Shown here: positions 53,616 to 61,856 of the stretch, piece after piece
How the letters are laid out: each line of letters starts with the position of its first letter
Numbering within the stretch: the stretch's first letter is position 1
DNA from: Isoptericola sp.
GTDB taxonomy: Bacteria > Actinomycetota > Actinomycetes > Actinomycetales > Cellulomonadaceae
Assembly (NCBI GenBank): GCA_031180595.1
Contig: JAPSLQ010000002.1
Location: 1,929 to 65,928, forward strand
Length of the DNA: 64,000 nt
Reading direction: 5' to 3'
Notes under the pieces: generated by a model
Database searches by the model: none
Told to the model about the DNA's origin: nothing
Seen by the model: the letters and a program-made list of their open reading frames with translations, nothing else
Position numbers and translations under genes: made by a program

Positions 53616-55535
53616 ATGACGACTGACAGCACATTCTCCACGTCCGAAGCGGCGGCCACGGGAGCGGTGACGACCGCCGAGCCGGAGGCCGTCGCGTCCT
53701 CGTTGAGCAGCGACGTCGTCGTCTGTTCCTTCTACACGGCCGACGACTACTACCGTGCGCACGGGAAGCGGCTGCAGGAGAACCTCGAGCGCCTCGGGAT
53801 CTCCCACGCCCTGCGTGAGATCGAGAAGCCGGAGGGCCTCGACTGGGCCGACATCTGCCGCAAGAAGGTCGCGTACCTGGCGGAGGTCTGCGCCGACAAC
53901 CCCGACAAGAAGGTCTTCTGGATCGACGTCGACTGCGGCCTGACCGACCTGCCCGAGCACGTCCGCGACTTCACGGCCGACCTCATCGGTTTCCAGCGCG
54001 GCTTCTCGTCGCCGCTGTCGATCGGCTACGCGCACCGGACCCGGTTCTGGGAGCCGTGCTTCTTCGGCATCAACACGACGCCCAACGCCCGCGAGTTCGT
54101 GCGGTACGCCGCCGAGCTCGAGGAGACGCTCGAGATCAAGGCCACGGACGACTACTTCTTCGAGGAGTCGTGGCGGGCGAACGCCGCGGGCCTCTCCTTC
54201 CACGTCATCCCGTCGGTCGCCGTCTTCTCGAAGGCGGACGCCACGGTGAGCGGGGTGCTGCCGTTCTTCACCTTCGGGTCGAGCGGCAACGTCGCGGAGT
54301 TCAAGGACAAGGTCGTCCAGCACGAGCGGCTCGGCGGCGTGCCGCAGGGTGCCGCCTTCGGGTCGCCGGGCGACGGTGTCCGTCGGCGGCTGCTCCGCGC
54401 CGCGAAGCGCATCGAGCGGCGCCTCCCCGCCGGACCGCGCAAGTCGCTGCGGCGCATCGCCGACCGGGCCGGGGTCACGCACGTCCTGGTCGGGGGCGCC
54501 GCCTCGCAGCTCGGCGTCGCGTCGACCGTCGCAGGGTCGCAGAAGGTCGCGTCGCCGCACCGCACGCGGCTCGCCCAGGCCATGGTGGTCGCCGGGCAGC
54601 GTGGCGACGTCGCCGGCGTCGCAGAGACGTTCCAGCGGCTCTCGGTGGCCGGCGCCCCGTCGCCCGCCGAGCTCGCGGTCAAGACGGCCGCGGACGCCTT
54701 CGCGCACTTCGCCACGCGGGACCCGCAGCGCGACGCCCTGCCGCTGGCGTGGTGGGCGCGTCCGTTCCCGGGCAACTTCGGAGACTGGCTCAGCCCGCTC
54801 GTCGTGGCGCACGTCACCGGTCGGTCGGTGACGTACCACGCCCCGACGGCGGCGGCGGGCGACGCGCACCTCATCTCGATCGGGTCGATCGGCCGGTTCA
54901 TCAAGCCGCGCTCGATCGTCGTCGGTACGGGCATCTCGAGCGACGAGATCGAGCTCGAGGCGTCGGCCGCCTACCACTCCGTCCGGGGACCGGTCACGGC
55001 CCAGGTGGTCCGCGCGTCGGGCGGGCCCGACGTCGAGTCGTTCGGCGACCCCGGCGTGCTGCTGTCGCGCATCTTCCCCCTCGAGCGTGGCGAGACCAAC
55101 GGCCGCGTGGCCCTGGTGCGGCACTTCACGCACGCCGGCCTGCCGCTGCACCTCCCGGACACCTGGGACGAGTTCTCCGTCCTGCGGTCGCACCCGAACC
55201 AGGTCGCCGACCTCCTCGAGTCGCTCGTCCGGTACGACGCCGTGGTCACGAGCGCGATGCACGTCATGATCGCGTGCCAGAGCTACGGGATCCCCGTCGC
55301 CCTCATCACGTTCGAGGGCATGGAGACGTCCGTGCACGGCAACGGCATCAAGTACCGGGACTACTCCCTGGGTGCCGGTCTCTCCCAGGTGTACGAGCCG
55401 CGGGCCGTGTCCCTCGACCTGCGCCGGTTCGACCTCGGTCAGGTCTCGGACGAGCGCGTGAGCGACGCCAAGATGGACGAGGTCGAGGACGCGGTGCGTC
55501 GCGGCGTCGAGGACTACCTCTCCCGGCACGGCTGA
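53616..55535 (+). CDS. fusion: nucleotide-diphospho-sugar transferase-like domain + ExoV-like pyruvyltransferase domain
   Basis: N-terminal CSFYT.DDYY and FWIDVD; C-terminal GNFGD, SIGSI, SVRGPVT, GDPGVL and TSAMH..IAC.SYGIP. Confidence 0.72.
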   Translation: MTTDSTFSTSEAAATGAVTTAEPEAVASSLSSDVVVCSFYTADDYYRAHGKRLQENLERLGISHALREIEKPEGLDWADICRKKVAYLAEVCADNPDKKVFWIDVDCGLTDLPEHVRDFTADLIGFQRGFSSPLSIGYAHRTRFWEPCFFGINTTPNAREFVRYAAELEETLEIKATDDYFFEESWRANAAGLSFHVIPSVAVFSKADATVSGVLPFFTFGSSGNVAEFKDKVVQHERLGGVPQGAAFGSPGDGVRRRLLRAAKRIERRLPAGPRKSLRRIADRAGVTHVLVGGAASQLGVASTVAGSQKVASPHRTRLAQAMVVAGQRGDVAGVAETFQRLSVAGAPSPAELAVKTAADAFAHFATRDPQRDALPLAWWARPFPGNFGDWLSPLVVAHVTGRSVTYHAPTAAAGDAHLISIGSIGRFIKPRSIVVGTGISSDEIELEASAAYHSVRGPVTAQVVRASGGPDVESFGDPGVLLSRIFPLERGETNGRVALVRHFTHAGLPLHLPDTWDEFSVLRSHPNQVADLLESLVRYDAVVTSAMHVMIACQSYGIPVALITFEGMETSVHGNGIKYRDYSLGAGLSQVYEPRAVSLDLRRFDLGQVSDERVSDAKMDEVEDAVRRGVEDYLSRHG

Positions 55536-55539
55536 CGGC

Positions 55540-56304
55540 GTGCGGCCGACGCTCACCATCGGCTACTCGTCGCTCGCCTCGCGAGCAGGTGACGTCCGTC
55601 TCCCCGTGGTGGGAGACGACGTCGAGGTCGTGCTGTGCGTCCAGGGCGAGCTGCCCTCCGGCTACAGCGCGCCCGCCGGCGTCCGCCTCGTGACCGTGCC
55701 CGGCCGCGGCGTCGCGCGCAGCCGGAACGCGGCGATCGACGCGGCGCGCGGCAGGTACCTCCTGTTCTGCGACGACGACGTGCGTGTCGACCTGGACGGG
55801 GTCCGCGCCGCGGTGCACGAGCTGAGCCGCCGGGGGGCCGCCGTCGGCCTCGGTCGCGGGATGGGCGAGGACGGCACGCTCCGCAAGGCGTACCCGCCCG
55901 GGGTCCGTCGGCTGACGCTCTTCAACTCCGCCAAGGCCGCCACCTACGAGATGCTCGTCGACGTCGACCAGGTACGGTCGGCCGGCGTCCGCTTCGACGA
56001 GCGGTTCGGCGCCGGGGCCGACCTCTACCTGGGCGACGAGTACATCTTCATCGCCGACTGCCTGCGGGCCGGCCTGAAGGGCTGGTCGGTCCCGTCGGTG
56101 TTCGGCGTGCACCCCGTCGAGAGCTCCGGCTCCCGGTGGGGCGGTCGGGACGCGCACGTGCGCGCGGTCGCGCTGAACCGGGTCTTCGGGCGGGCGGCGC
56201 TCCCCGTGCGGGCGGCGTTCGCGTGGCGCTCGAGGAAGCGGCTCGGTGGCTGGGGCGCCGCGCTGCGCTTCACGCTCGACGGCGAGCGCCCGCCTCGTCC
56301 CTGA
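55540..56304 (+). CDS. GT2 glycosyltransferase
   Basis: GVARSRN, LFCDDD, FDERFGAG and GDEYIF. Confidence 0.83.
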   Translation: MRPTLTIGYSSLASRAGDVRLPVVGDDVEVVLCVQGELPSGYSAPAGVRLVTVPGRGVARSRNAAIDAARGRYLLFCDDDVRVDLDGVRAAVHELSRRGAAVGLGRGMGEDGTLRKAYPPGVRRLTLFNSAKAATYEMLVDVDQVRSAGVRFDERFGAGADLYLGDEYIFIADCLRAGLKGWSVPSVFGVHPVESSGSRWGGRDAHVRAVALNRVFGRAALPVRAAFAWRSRKRLGGWGAALRFTLDGERPPRP

Positions 56305-56310
56305 CGCCGC

Positions 56311-57552
56311 TCAGCTCTCCAGCGCGCGATCGAGGGCCGCGCGGACCGCGGCGACGGCATCGGGCACCTCCACGACGGACGTGTCGACGACGACGTCGGC
56401 GTCGGCGGGCGCCTCGTAGGGTGAGCTGATCCCGGTGAAGTCGGCGATCTCGCCGCGGCGCGCCCTGGCGTACAGGCCCTTGCGGTCGCGGCCCTCGCAC
56501 ACCTCGAGCGGCGTGCTCACGTGGACCAGGACGAACGCGGCGCCGGCGGCCTCGGCGAGCTCGCGCACGCGGGCGCGCCCGGAGGCGAACGGGGCGATCG
56601 GTGCCGCGACCGCCACGCCGCCGTGGTGGGCGACGAGCGAGGCCACGTAGCCGATGCGTTCGACGTTGAGCTCGCGCGAGGCGCGGTCGAAGCCGAGCCC
56701 CTTCGACAGGTGGTGCCGCACCTCGTCACCGTCGAGGAGCGTGGTGTGCCGGCCCTCGTCGTCGAGCTCCGCGGCGAGCGCCCGGGCCACGGTGGACTTG
56801 CCCGACCCGGACAGGCCGGTCAGGAGCACGACGGCGCCGGGGCGCCGGGCGGTCGTGGCGGACCGGAGCAGCTCACGCGCGGACGCCTCGGGGTAGAGGT
56901 CGGCGACCGCGTCCGACCAGAGCGTGGCCAGCCGGGCGACACGGTCCCGGGTGCCGGGGTCGCGCCGGTCCGCGAGGCGGAACGTCCGGGTGGCGCCGTA
57001 CCTCGCCGCGACGTCGGGCCACGCGACGGGGGCCCCGGCGGCGGGCCAGGGAACGACGACGACGTGCGCCGGCACGCCGGGCACCCGGTCGGCGACGTCG
57101 CGCGCGACTCGCACGAGGCCCGGCGCGCCGACGGCCGCGCCGGAGGTGCCGGCGGCGGGGTGCCGGCGCCCCGCGGGCACGAGCACGAGGACGACGTCGG
57201 CCCCGGCGACCGCGTCCGGCAGCACGTCCAGCTCGGCCCGCGTGGGCGGCTCGTCGACGACCAGCGCGACGACGTCGGACGCCTCCGCGACGAGCGACCG
57301 GACGTCGTCCGCACCGCGGCGGACGGTGGGGTCCCAGTGGGGGCCCGCCGCCCGCGCGAACGGCCGGAGCGGCCGCAGCCCGCCGTCGTCGAGCACCGCG
57401 AGCGGCGTGTTCTCGGCGTCGGTCAGCGTCACCGCCGCACCGGTGTGGCCGAGCAGGCGGGCCGCCGGGAGGGGGGACCCGCCGCCCAGCGCGAGCTCGA
57501 GCAGGTCGAGCTCGTCCGGCGTCAGGACGCGGGTCGCCTCCGGCCCGCTCAT
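56311..57552 (-). CDS. cysC: adenylyl-sulfate kinase with a degenerate Sat-like N-terminal region
   Basis: C-terminal TGLSGSGKST, LDGDEVR, APIAPF, RDRKGLY and FTGISSPYEAP; ATGA overlap with the tauE-like gene. Confidence 0.87.
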   Translation of the reverse strand: MSGPEATRVLTPDELDLLELALGGGSPLPAARLLGHTGAAVTLTDAENTPLAVLDDGGLRPLRPFARAAGPHWDPTVRRGADDVRSLVAEASDVVALVVDEPPTRAELDVLPDAVAGADVVLVLVPAGRRHPAAGTSGAAVGAPGLVRVARDVADRVPGVPAHVVVVPWPAAGAPVAWPDVAARYGATRTFRLADRRDPGTRDRVARLATLWSDAVADLYPEASARELLRSATTARRPGAVVLLTGLSGSGKSTVARALAAELDDEGRHTTLLDGDEVRHHLSKGLGFDRASRELNVERIGYVASLVAHHGGVAVAAPIAPFASGRARVRELAEAAGAAFVLVHVSTPLEVCEGRDRKGLYARARRGEIADFTGISSPYEAPADADVVVDTSVVEVPDAVAAVRAALDRALES

Positions 57553-58526
57553 GCCCGGTCCTGGGCGCGTCCGACGGCGGCCACCGGCTCCGGCGGGGCG
57601 GGCTCGGCAGGGGCGGCGGGCTCGGCAGGAGGCCCGGCGTCGGGCGTGAGGCGCCGCTTGACCACCACCCACAGGAGGTTGCCGGCCACGAGGGCCGCGA
57701 CGGCCGCGCCGACGACGACGCCGAGCGGGGCGCCGAGGAGCTTGAGGCCCGAGGCCAGCAGGAGGATCGCCATCGCCCGCCGGATGAGGCCGCCGGGCGC
57801 GCGGCTCGAGACGTGCGCCCCGAACCACGCACCGGGCACGGCGCCCACGAGCAGCGACAGCGTGAGCCCGAGGGAGAAGTCGCCGTAGAGGACGTGGCCG
57901 AGCGACGCCGCGGCCACGAGCGGGACGGCCTGGACGAGGTCGGTGCCCACGAGCTGGGACGCCTTGAGCGCCGGGTAGAGCAGCAGCAGGACCACGATGA
58001 CGATCGATCCCGAGCCCACCGACGTCATGCCGACGAGCAGTCCCGCGACGGCGCCCAGGACCAGGGTCGGGACCTTGCGGACCACGACGTCGGGGCTCGT
58101 GGGCCGGGCCGGACCCTCGCCGAAGGCGGACCGGTGGCGGCGCATCCCGAGCACCGAGCGCACCACCAGGCCCGTCGCGGCGACCAGGAGCGCGATCCCG
58201 AGCACGGTCTTGAGGGCCTCGTCGAGCGAGTCGCCGAAGGGCAGCGCCCGGATGAGCAGCGCTCCGGAGAACGCGGCGGGCACGGAGCCGAGGCAGAGCC
58301 ACAGGACCAGCCGGAGGTTCACGGTCCGGCGCCGGAGGTGGACGATCGCGCCGGCCGGCTTCATGAACAGGCTGGCGACGATGTCGCTGGACACGGCGGT
58401 CAGCGGGTCGACGCGGAAGACGAAGACGAGCATCGGCGTCATGAGCGCGCCACCGCCCATGCCCGTCAGCCCGACGACGAACCCGACGACCAGCCCTCCG
58501 AGGACGAGGGGCAGGTCGACGCTCAT
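57549..58526 (-). CDS. TauE/SafE family sulfite/sulfur-anion transporter
   Basis: GLTGMGGGALMTP, GMTSVGSGS and LVGTDL motifs; GAGGAG RBS. Confidence 0.87.
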   Translation of the reverse strand: MSVDLPLVLGGLVVGFVVGLTGMGGGALMTPMLVFVFRVDPLTAVSSDIVASLFMKPAGAIVHLRRRTVNLRLVLWLCLGSVPAAFSGALLIRALPFGDSLDEALKTVLGIALLVAATGLVVRSVLGMRRHRSAFGEGPARPTSPDVVVRKVPTLVLGAVAGLLVGMTSVGSGSIVIVVLLLLYPALKASQLVGTDLVQAVPLVAAASLGHVLYGDFSLGLTLSLLVGAVPGAWFGAHVSSRAPGGLIRRAMAILLLASGLKLLGAPLGVVVGAAVAALVAGNLLWVVVKRRLTPDAGPPAEPAAPAEPAPPEPVAAVGRAQDRA

Positions 58527-58627
58527 CGCGTGGCCCGCTCCTCGCCGCAGGGCTCGACCGCACGACAACACACGGCGCCGGACGGCGTCGTGCGTCTCGG
58601 TCGGTGGTGCACCCTGCGGGTCGGCAT
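58523..58627 (-). CDS. putative leaderless Cys-containing leader peptide (34 aa)
   Basis: TAGCAT -10 (58640-58635) 7 nt before ATG 58627; MPTRRVHHRPRRTTPSGAVCCRAVEPCGEERATR*; its stop overlaps the tauE ATG (ATGA). Confidence 0.45.
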   Translation of the reverse strand: MPTRRVHHRPRRTTPSGAVCCRAVEPCGEERATR

Positions 58628-58704
58628 GGTGGCGATGCTAGCCTCGCCCGGACGTTGTCCACTCTGTGGGACCAGTAAATGGACACCCCGGAACCGAGGA
58701 GCCG

Positions 58705-59562
58705 ATGACCCTGCAGCACCCGCCGCTTCCCGACGCGTCGCTCGACGACGCGTCGCTGGCCGCCGCCCTCGCCGAGGGAGCCGGCCGGGTGCTGCTCGCG
58801 CTCCGGGAGTCGGCCGAGGTCACCTCCTCGCCCTCGGTCCGTGCGCTGCGGGACGCCGGCGACGCGGCGGCGCAGGACTGGCTCGCCGCCGGGCTGGCGC
58901 ACGCGCGTCCGAAGGACGCGGTGCTGTCGGAGGAGGCCGCGGACGACCCGGCCCGCCTGGAGGCCGACCGGGTGTGGATCGTCGACCCGCTCGACGGGAC
59001 GCGCGAGTTCGCGGAGCGGGTCCCGGGCGGCGGGTGGCGTGACGACTTCGCCGTGCACGTGGCGCTGTGGCGGCGGGGTGCCGGCCTGAGCGCGGGTGCG
59101 GTGGCGCTGCCCGCGCGCGAGGTGGTGCTCGACACCGCCCGGGTGACCGCGCCGGCCGAGGCGCTCGCCGACGCCGAGGCGGTGCTGGCGGGGCGCCGGA
59201 GGCTGCGGCTCGCCGCGAGCCGGAGTCGTCCGCCGGCGTTCGTCACCCAGCTGGCGTCGCGCGGCTCCGTCGAGCTCGTGCCGATGGGCTCGGCGGGCGT
59301 GAAGGTGACGGCCGTCGTGGACGGTACGGTCGACGCGTACGTGCACGCCGGCGGCCAGTACGAGTGGGACTCGGCGGCGCCGGTGGCGGTCGCCGCCGCG
59401 GCAGGCCTCGTGTGCACCCGTCTCGACGGCACGCCGCTCGAGTACAACCGACCCGACCCGTGGCTCCCGGACCTGTTCGTGTGCCACCCGGCGCTGGCGC
59501 CGCACCTGCGTGCGGCCCTGAACCAGGCCGGTCTGAGAAGCAAGGAAGGTGCCCAGCCGTGA
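58705..59562 (+). CDS. cysQ: 3'(2'),5'-bisphosphate nucleotidase (PAP phosphatase)
   Basis: LSEE, WIVDPLDGTREF, MGSAGVK and GGQYEWDSAAP; directly upstream of cysD. Confidence 0.9.
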   Translation: MTLQHPPLPDASLDDASLAAALAEGAGRVLLALRESAEVTSSPSVRALRDAGDAAAQDWLAAGLAHARPKDAVLSEEAADDPARLEADRVWIVDPLDGTREFAERVPGGGWRDDFAVHVALWRRGAGLSAGAVALPAREVVLDTARVTAPAEALADAEAVLAGRRRLRLAASRSRPPAFVTQLASRGSVELVPMGSAGVKVTAVVDGTVDAYVHAGGQYEWDSAAPVAVAAAAGLVCTRLDGTPLEYNRPDPWLPDLFVCHPALAPHLRAALNQAGLRSKEGAQP

Positions 59563-60461
59563 CGACTCACGTCCTGAGCCAGCTACGCAACCTCGAGGCG
59601 GAGAGCATCCACATCTTCCGCGAGGTCGTCGCGGAGATGGAGCGCCCCTGTCTGCTCTTCTCGGGCGGCAAGGACTCGATCGTGATGCTGCACATCGCCG
59701 CCAAGGCGTTCGCACCGGCTCGCGTCCCGTTCCCGGTGATGCACGTCGACACCGGCCTGAACTTCCAGACGGTCCTGGACTGCCGGGACCGCTGGGTCGA
59801 GCGGCTCGGGGTCCAGCTCGTCGTCGCCTCGGTCCAGGAGGCGATCGACCGCGGCCTGGTGCGCCCGGAGCCGAACGGCTCGCGCAACCGCATCCAGACG
59901 CCGGTCCTGCTTGAGGCGATCGAGAAGAACGGGTTCGACGCGGCGTTCGGCGGCGGACGTCGCGACGAGGAGAAGGCACGGGCCAAGGAGCGGGTGTTCT
60001 CGTTCCGCGACGACTTCGGCCAGTGGGACCCGAAGAACCAGCGGCCCGAGATCTGGAACCTGTACAACGGGCGGGTGCACCAGGGCGAGTCGATCCGGGT
60101 GTTCCCGCTGTCGAACTGGACCGAGCTCGACATCTGGTCCTACATCGAGGCGGAGAACATCGACGTCCCGGACCTGTACCTGGCGCGCGAGCGGGAGGTC
60201 GTGGCGCGGGGCGGGATGCTCTACGAGGTCAACGAGTTCACGCCGCTGCGCGACGGCGAGACGGCCGAGGTCCGCTCGACGCGCTACCGCACGGTCGGCG
60301 ACGCGAACCTCACCGCGTGCGTCGAGTCCACCGCCTCGACGCTGCGCGAGGTCGTCGAGGAGATCGCGGCCGTGCGCCTCACCGAGCGCGGCGCCACGCG
60401 CGGCGACGACCGCGTGAGCGAGGCCGCCATGGAGGACCGCAAGCGAGAGGGATATTTCTGA
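59559..60461 (+). CDS. cysD: sulfate adenylyltransferase subunit 2
   Basis: LEAESIHIFRE, FSGGKDS, RRDEEKARAKER, QRPEIW and EDRKREGYF. Confidence 0.96.
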   Translation: MTTHVLSQLRNLEAESIHIFREVVAEMERPCLLFSGGKDSIVMLHIAAKAFAPARVPFPVMHVDTGLNFQTVLDCRDRWVERLGVQLVVASVQEAIDRGLVRPEPNGSRNRIQTPVLLEAIEKNGFDAAFGGGRRDEEKARAKERVFSFRDDFGQWDPKNQRPEIWNLYNGRVHQGESIRVFPLSNWTELDIWSYIEAENIDVPDLYLAREREVVARGGMLYEVNEFTPLRDGETAEVRSTRYRTVGDANLTACVESTASTLREVVEEIAAVRLTERGATRGDDRVSEAAMEDRKREGYF

Positions 60462-60464
60462 GCC

Positions 60465-61778
60465 ATGACCGCCACCACGCACGCCACCACGTTCGCGGCA
60501 GGTCCCGAGCGCTCGGTCGACCTGCTCCGCTTCGCCACCGCCGGCTCCGTGGACGACGGCAAGTCGACCCTCATCGGGCGCCTGCTGTACGACTCCAAGA
60601 CGATCTTCGCCGACCAGCTCGAGTCGGTCGAGCAGGTCAGCCGCGACCGCGGCAACGACTACACCGACCTGGCGCTGCTCACGGACGGCCTGCGGGCCGA
60701 GCGTGAGCAGGGCATCACGATCGACGTCGCCTACCGGTACTTCGCGACGCCGAAGCGCAAGTTCATCATCGCGGACACCCCCGGCCACATCCAGTACACG
60801 CGGAACATGGTCACGGGCGCCTCGACGGCCGACGTCGCGCTCATCCTCGTCGACGCCCGCAAGGGCGTCCTCGAGCAGTCCCGCCGGCACACGTTCCTCG
60901 CGACCCTGCTCGGCGTGCCGCACATCGTGGTGTGCGTCAACAAGATGGACCTCGTCGACTACTCCGAGGACGTCTTCGAGCGGATCCGGGCGGAGTTCAC
61001 CGAGTTCGCCGCCCGCCTGCGCGTGCCCGACCTGACGTTCATCCCGATCTCCGCCCTGGTCGGCGACAACGTCGTCAACCGCAGCGAGAACATGCCGTGG
61101 TTCGACGGGTCGCCCCTGCTGAGCCACCTCGAGCGGCTCCACGTCGCCTCGGACCGCAACCTCATCGACGTGCGCTTCCCCGTGCAGTACGTCATCCGGC
61201 CGCAGTCGCACGACGCCCGCGACTACCGCGGGTACGCGGGCACGGTCGCCAGCGGCGTCATGAAGCCGGGGGACAAGGTGCTCGCCCTGCCGTCCGGCCT
61301 CGAGACGACGATCGCGTCGATCGAGACCGCGGACGGGCCCGTGGAGGAGGCGTTCCCGCCCATGTCGGTCACCGTCCGCCTGGCCGACGAGATCGACATC
61401 TCCCGCGGCGACATGCTCTGCCGGCCCAACAACACCCCGGCGGCGCTGCAGGACATCGACGCCCAGGTGTGCTGGATGGACGAGACCGCGCCCCTGGTCA
61501 AGGGCAAGAAGTACGCCATCAAGCACACCACCCGCTGGGCGCGGGCGATGGTCAAGGACATCAACTACCGCGTCGACGTCAACACGCTGCACCGCGACGA
61601 GGGCGCGACCGAGATCCGGCTCAACGAGATCGGCCGCATCCAGCTGCGCGTGACCCAGCCGCTCTTCGTCGACCCGTACCGCCAGAACCGGCAGACCGGG
61701 GCCTTCATCCTCGTCGACGAGACCACGAACAAGACCGTCGCCGCCGGCATGGTCGGCGGGCTGCCGCACAGCGTCTGA
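60465..61778 (+). CDS. cysN: sulfate adenylyltransferase subunit 1 (GTPase; no fused kinase)
   Basis: GSVDDGKST, EREQGITIDVAYRYF, DTPGH and NKMD. Confidence 0.95.
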   Translation: MTATTHATTFAAGPERSVDLLRFATAGSVDDGKSTLIGRLLYDSKTIFADQLESVEQVSRDRGNDYTDLALLTDGLRAEREQGITIDVAYRYFATPKRKFIIADTPGHIQYTRNMVTGASTADVALILVDARKGVLEQSRRHTFLATLLGVPHIVVCVNKMDLVDYSEDVFERIRAEFTEFAARLRVPDLTFIPISALVGDNVVNRSENMPWFDGSPLLSHLERLHVASDRNLIDVRFPVQYVIRPQSHDARDYRGYAGTVASGVMKPGDKVLALPSGLETTIASIETADGPVEEAFPPMSVTVRLADEIDISRGDMLCRPNNTPAALQDIDAQVCWMDETAPLVKGKKYAIKHTTRWARAMVKDINYRVDVNTLHRDEGATEIRLNEIGRIQLRVTQPLFVDPYRQNRQTGAFILVDETTNKTVAAGMVGGLPHSV

Positions 61779-61783
61779 GCGGT

Positions 61784-61819
61784 CGGGGCCGCCCCGATGG
61801 CCCGGACGGGGCGGCCCCG
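61784..61819 (+). terminator. perfect 13-bp GC stem-loop after cysN
   Basis: CGGGGCCGCCCCG (61784-61796) pairs with CGGGGCGGCCCCG (61807-61819); 10-nt loop; no U-tract. Confidence 0.6.
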
Positions 61820-61856
61820 GATACCCTCCACCCATGCCCGACCCGGTACCGGTCGC

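Noticed and set aside
47657-56304. Hidden sulfotransferase among the glycan genes
   Set aside because: No 5'-PSB-like (R/K-S/T-G-T/S) PAPS-binding motif was recognised in these proteins by eye.
58527-58627. SAM riboswitch upstream of tauE-cysC
   Set aside because: Conserved SAM-I/SAM-IV core sequences were not recognised; reported instead as a uORF/hairpin leader.
57553-59979. 1222-aa ORF suggesting a giant CysC fusion
   Set aside because: The upstream part is an off-frame read through the tauE-like gene and antisense to cysQ/cysD; the plausible start is ATG 57552.
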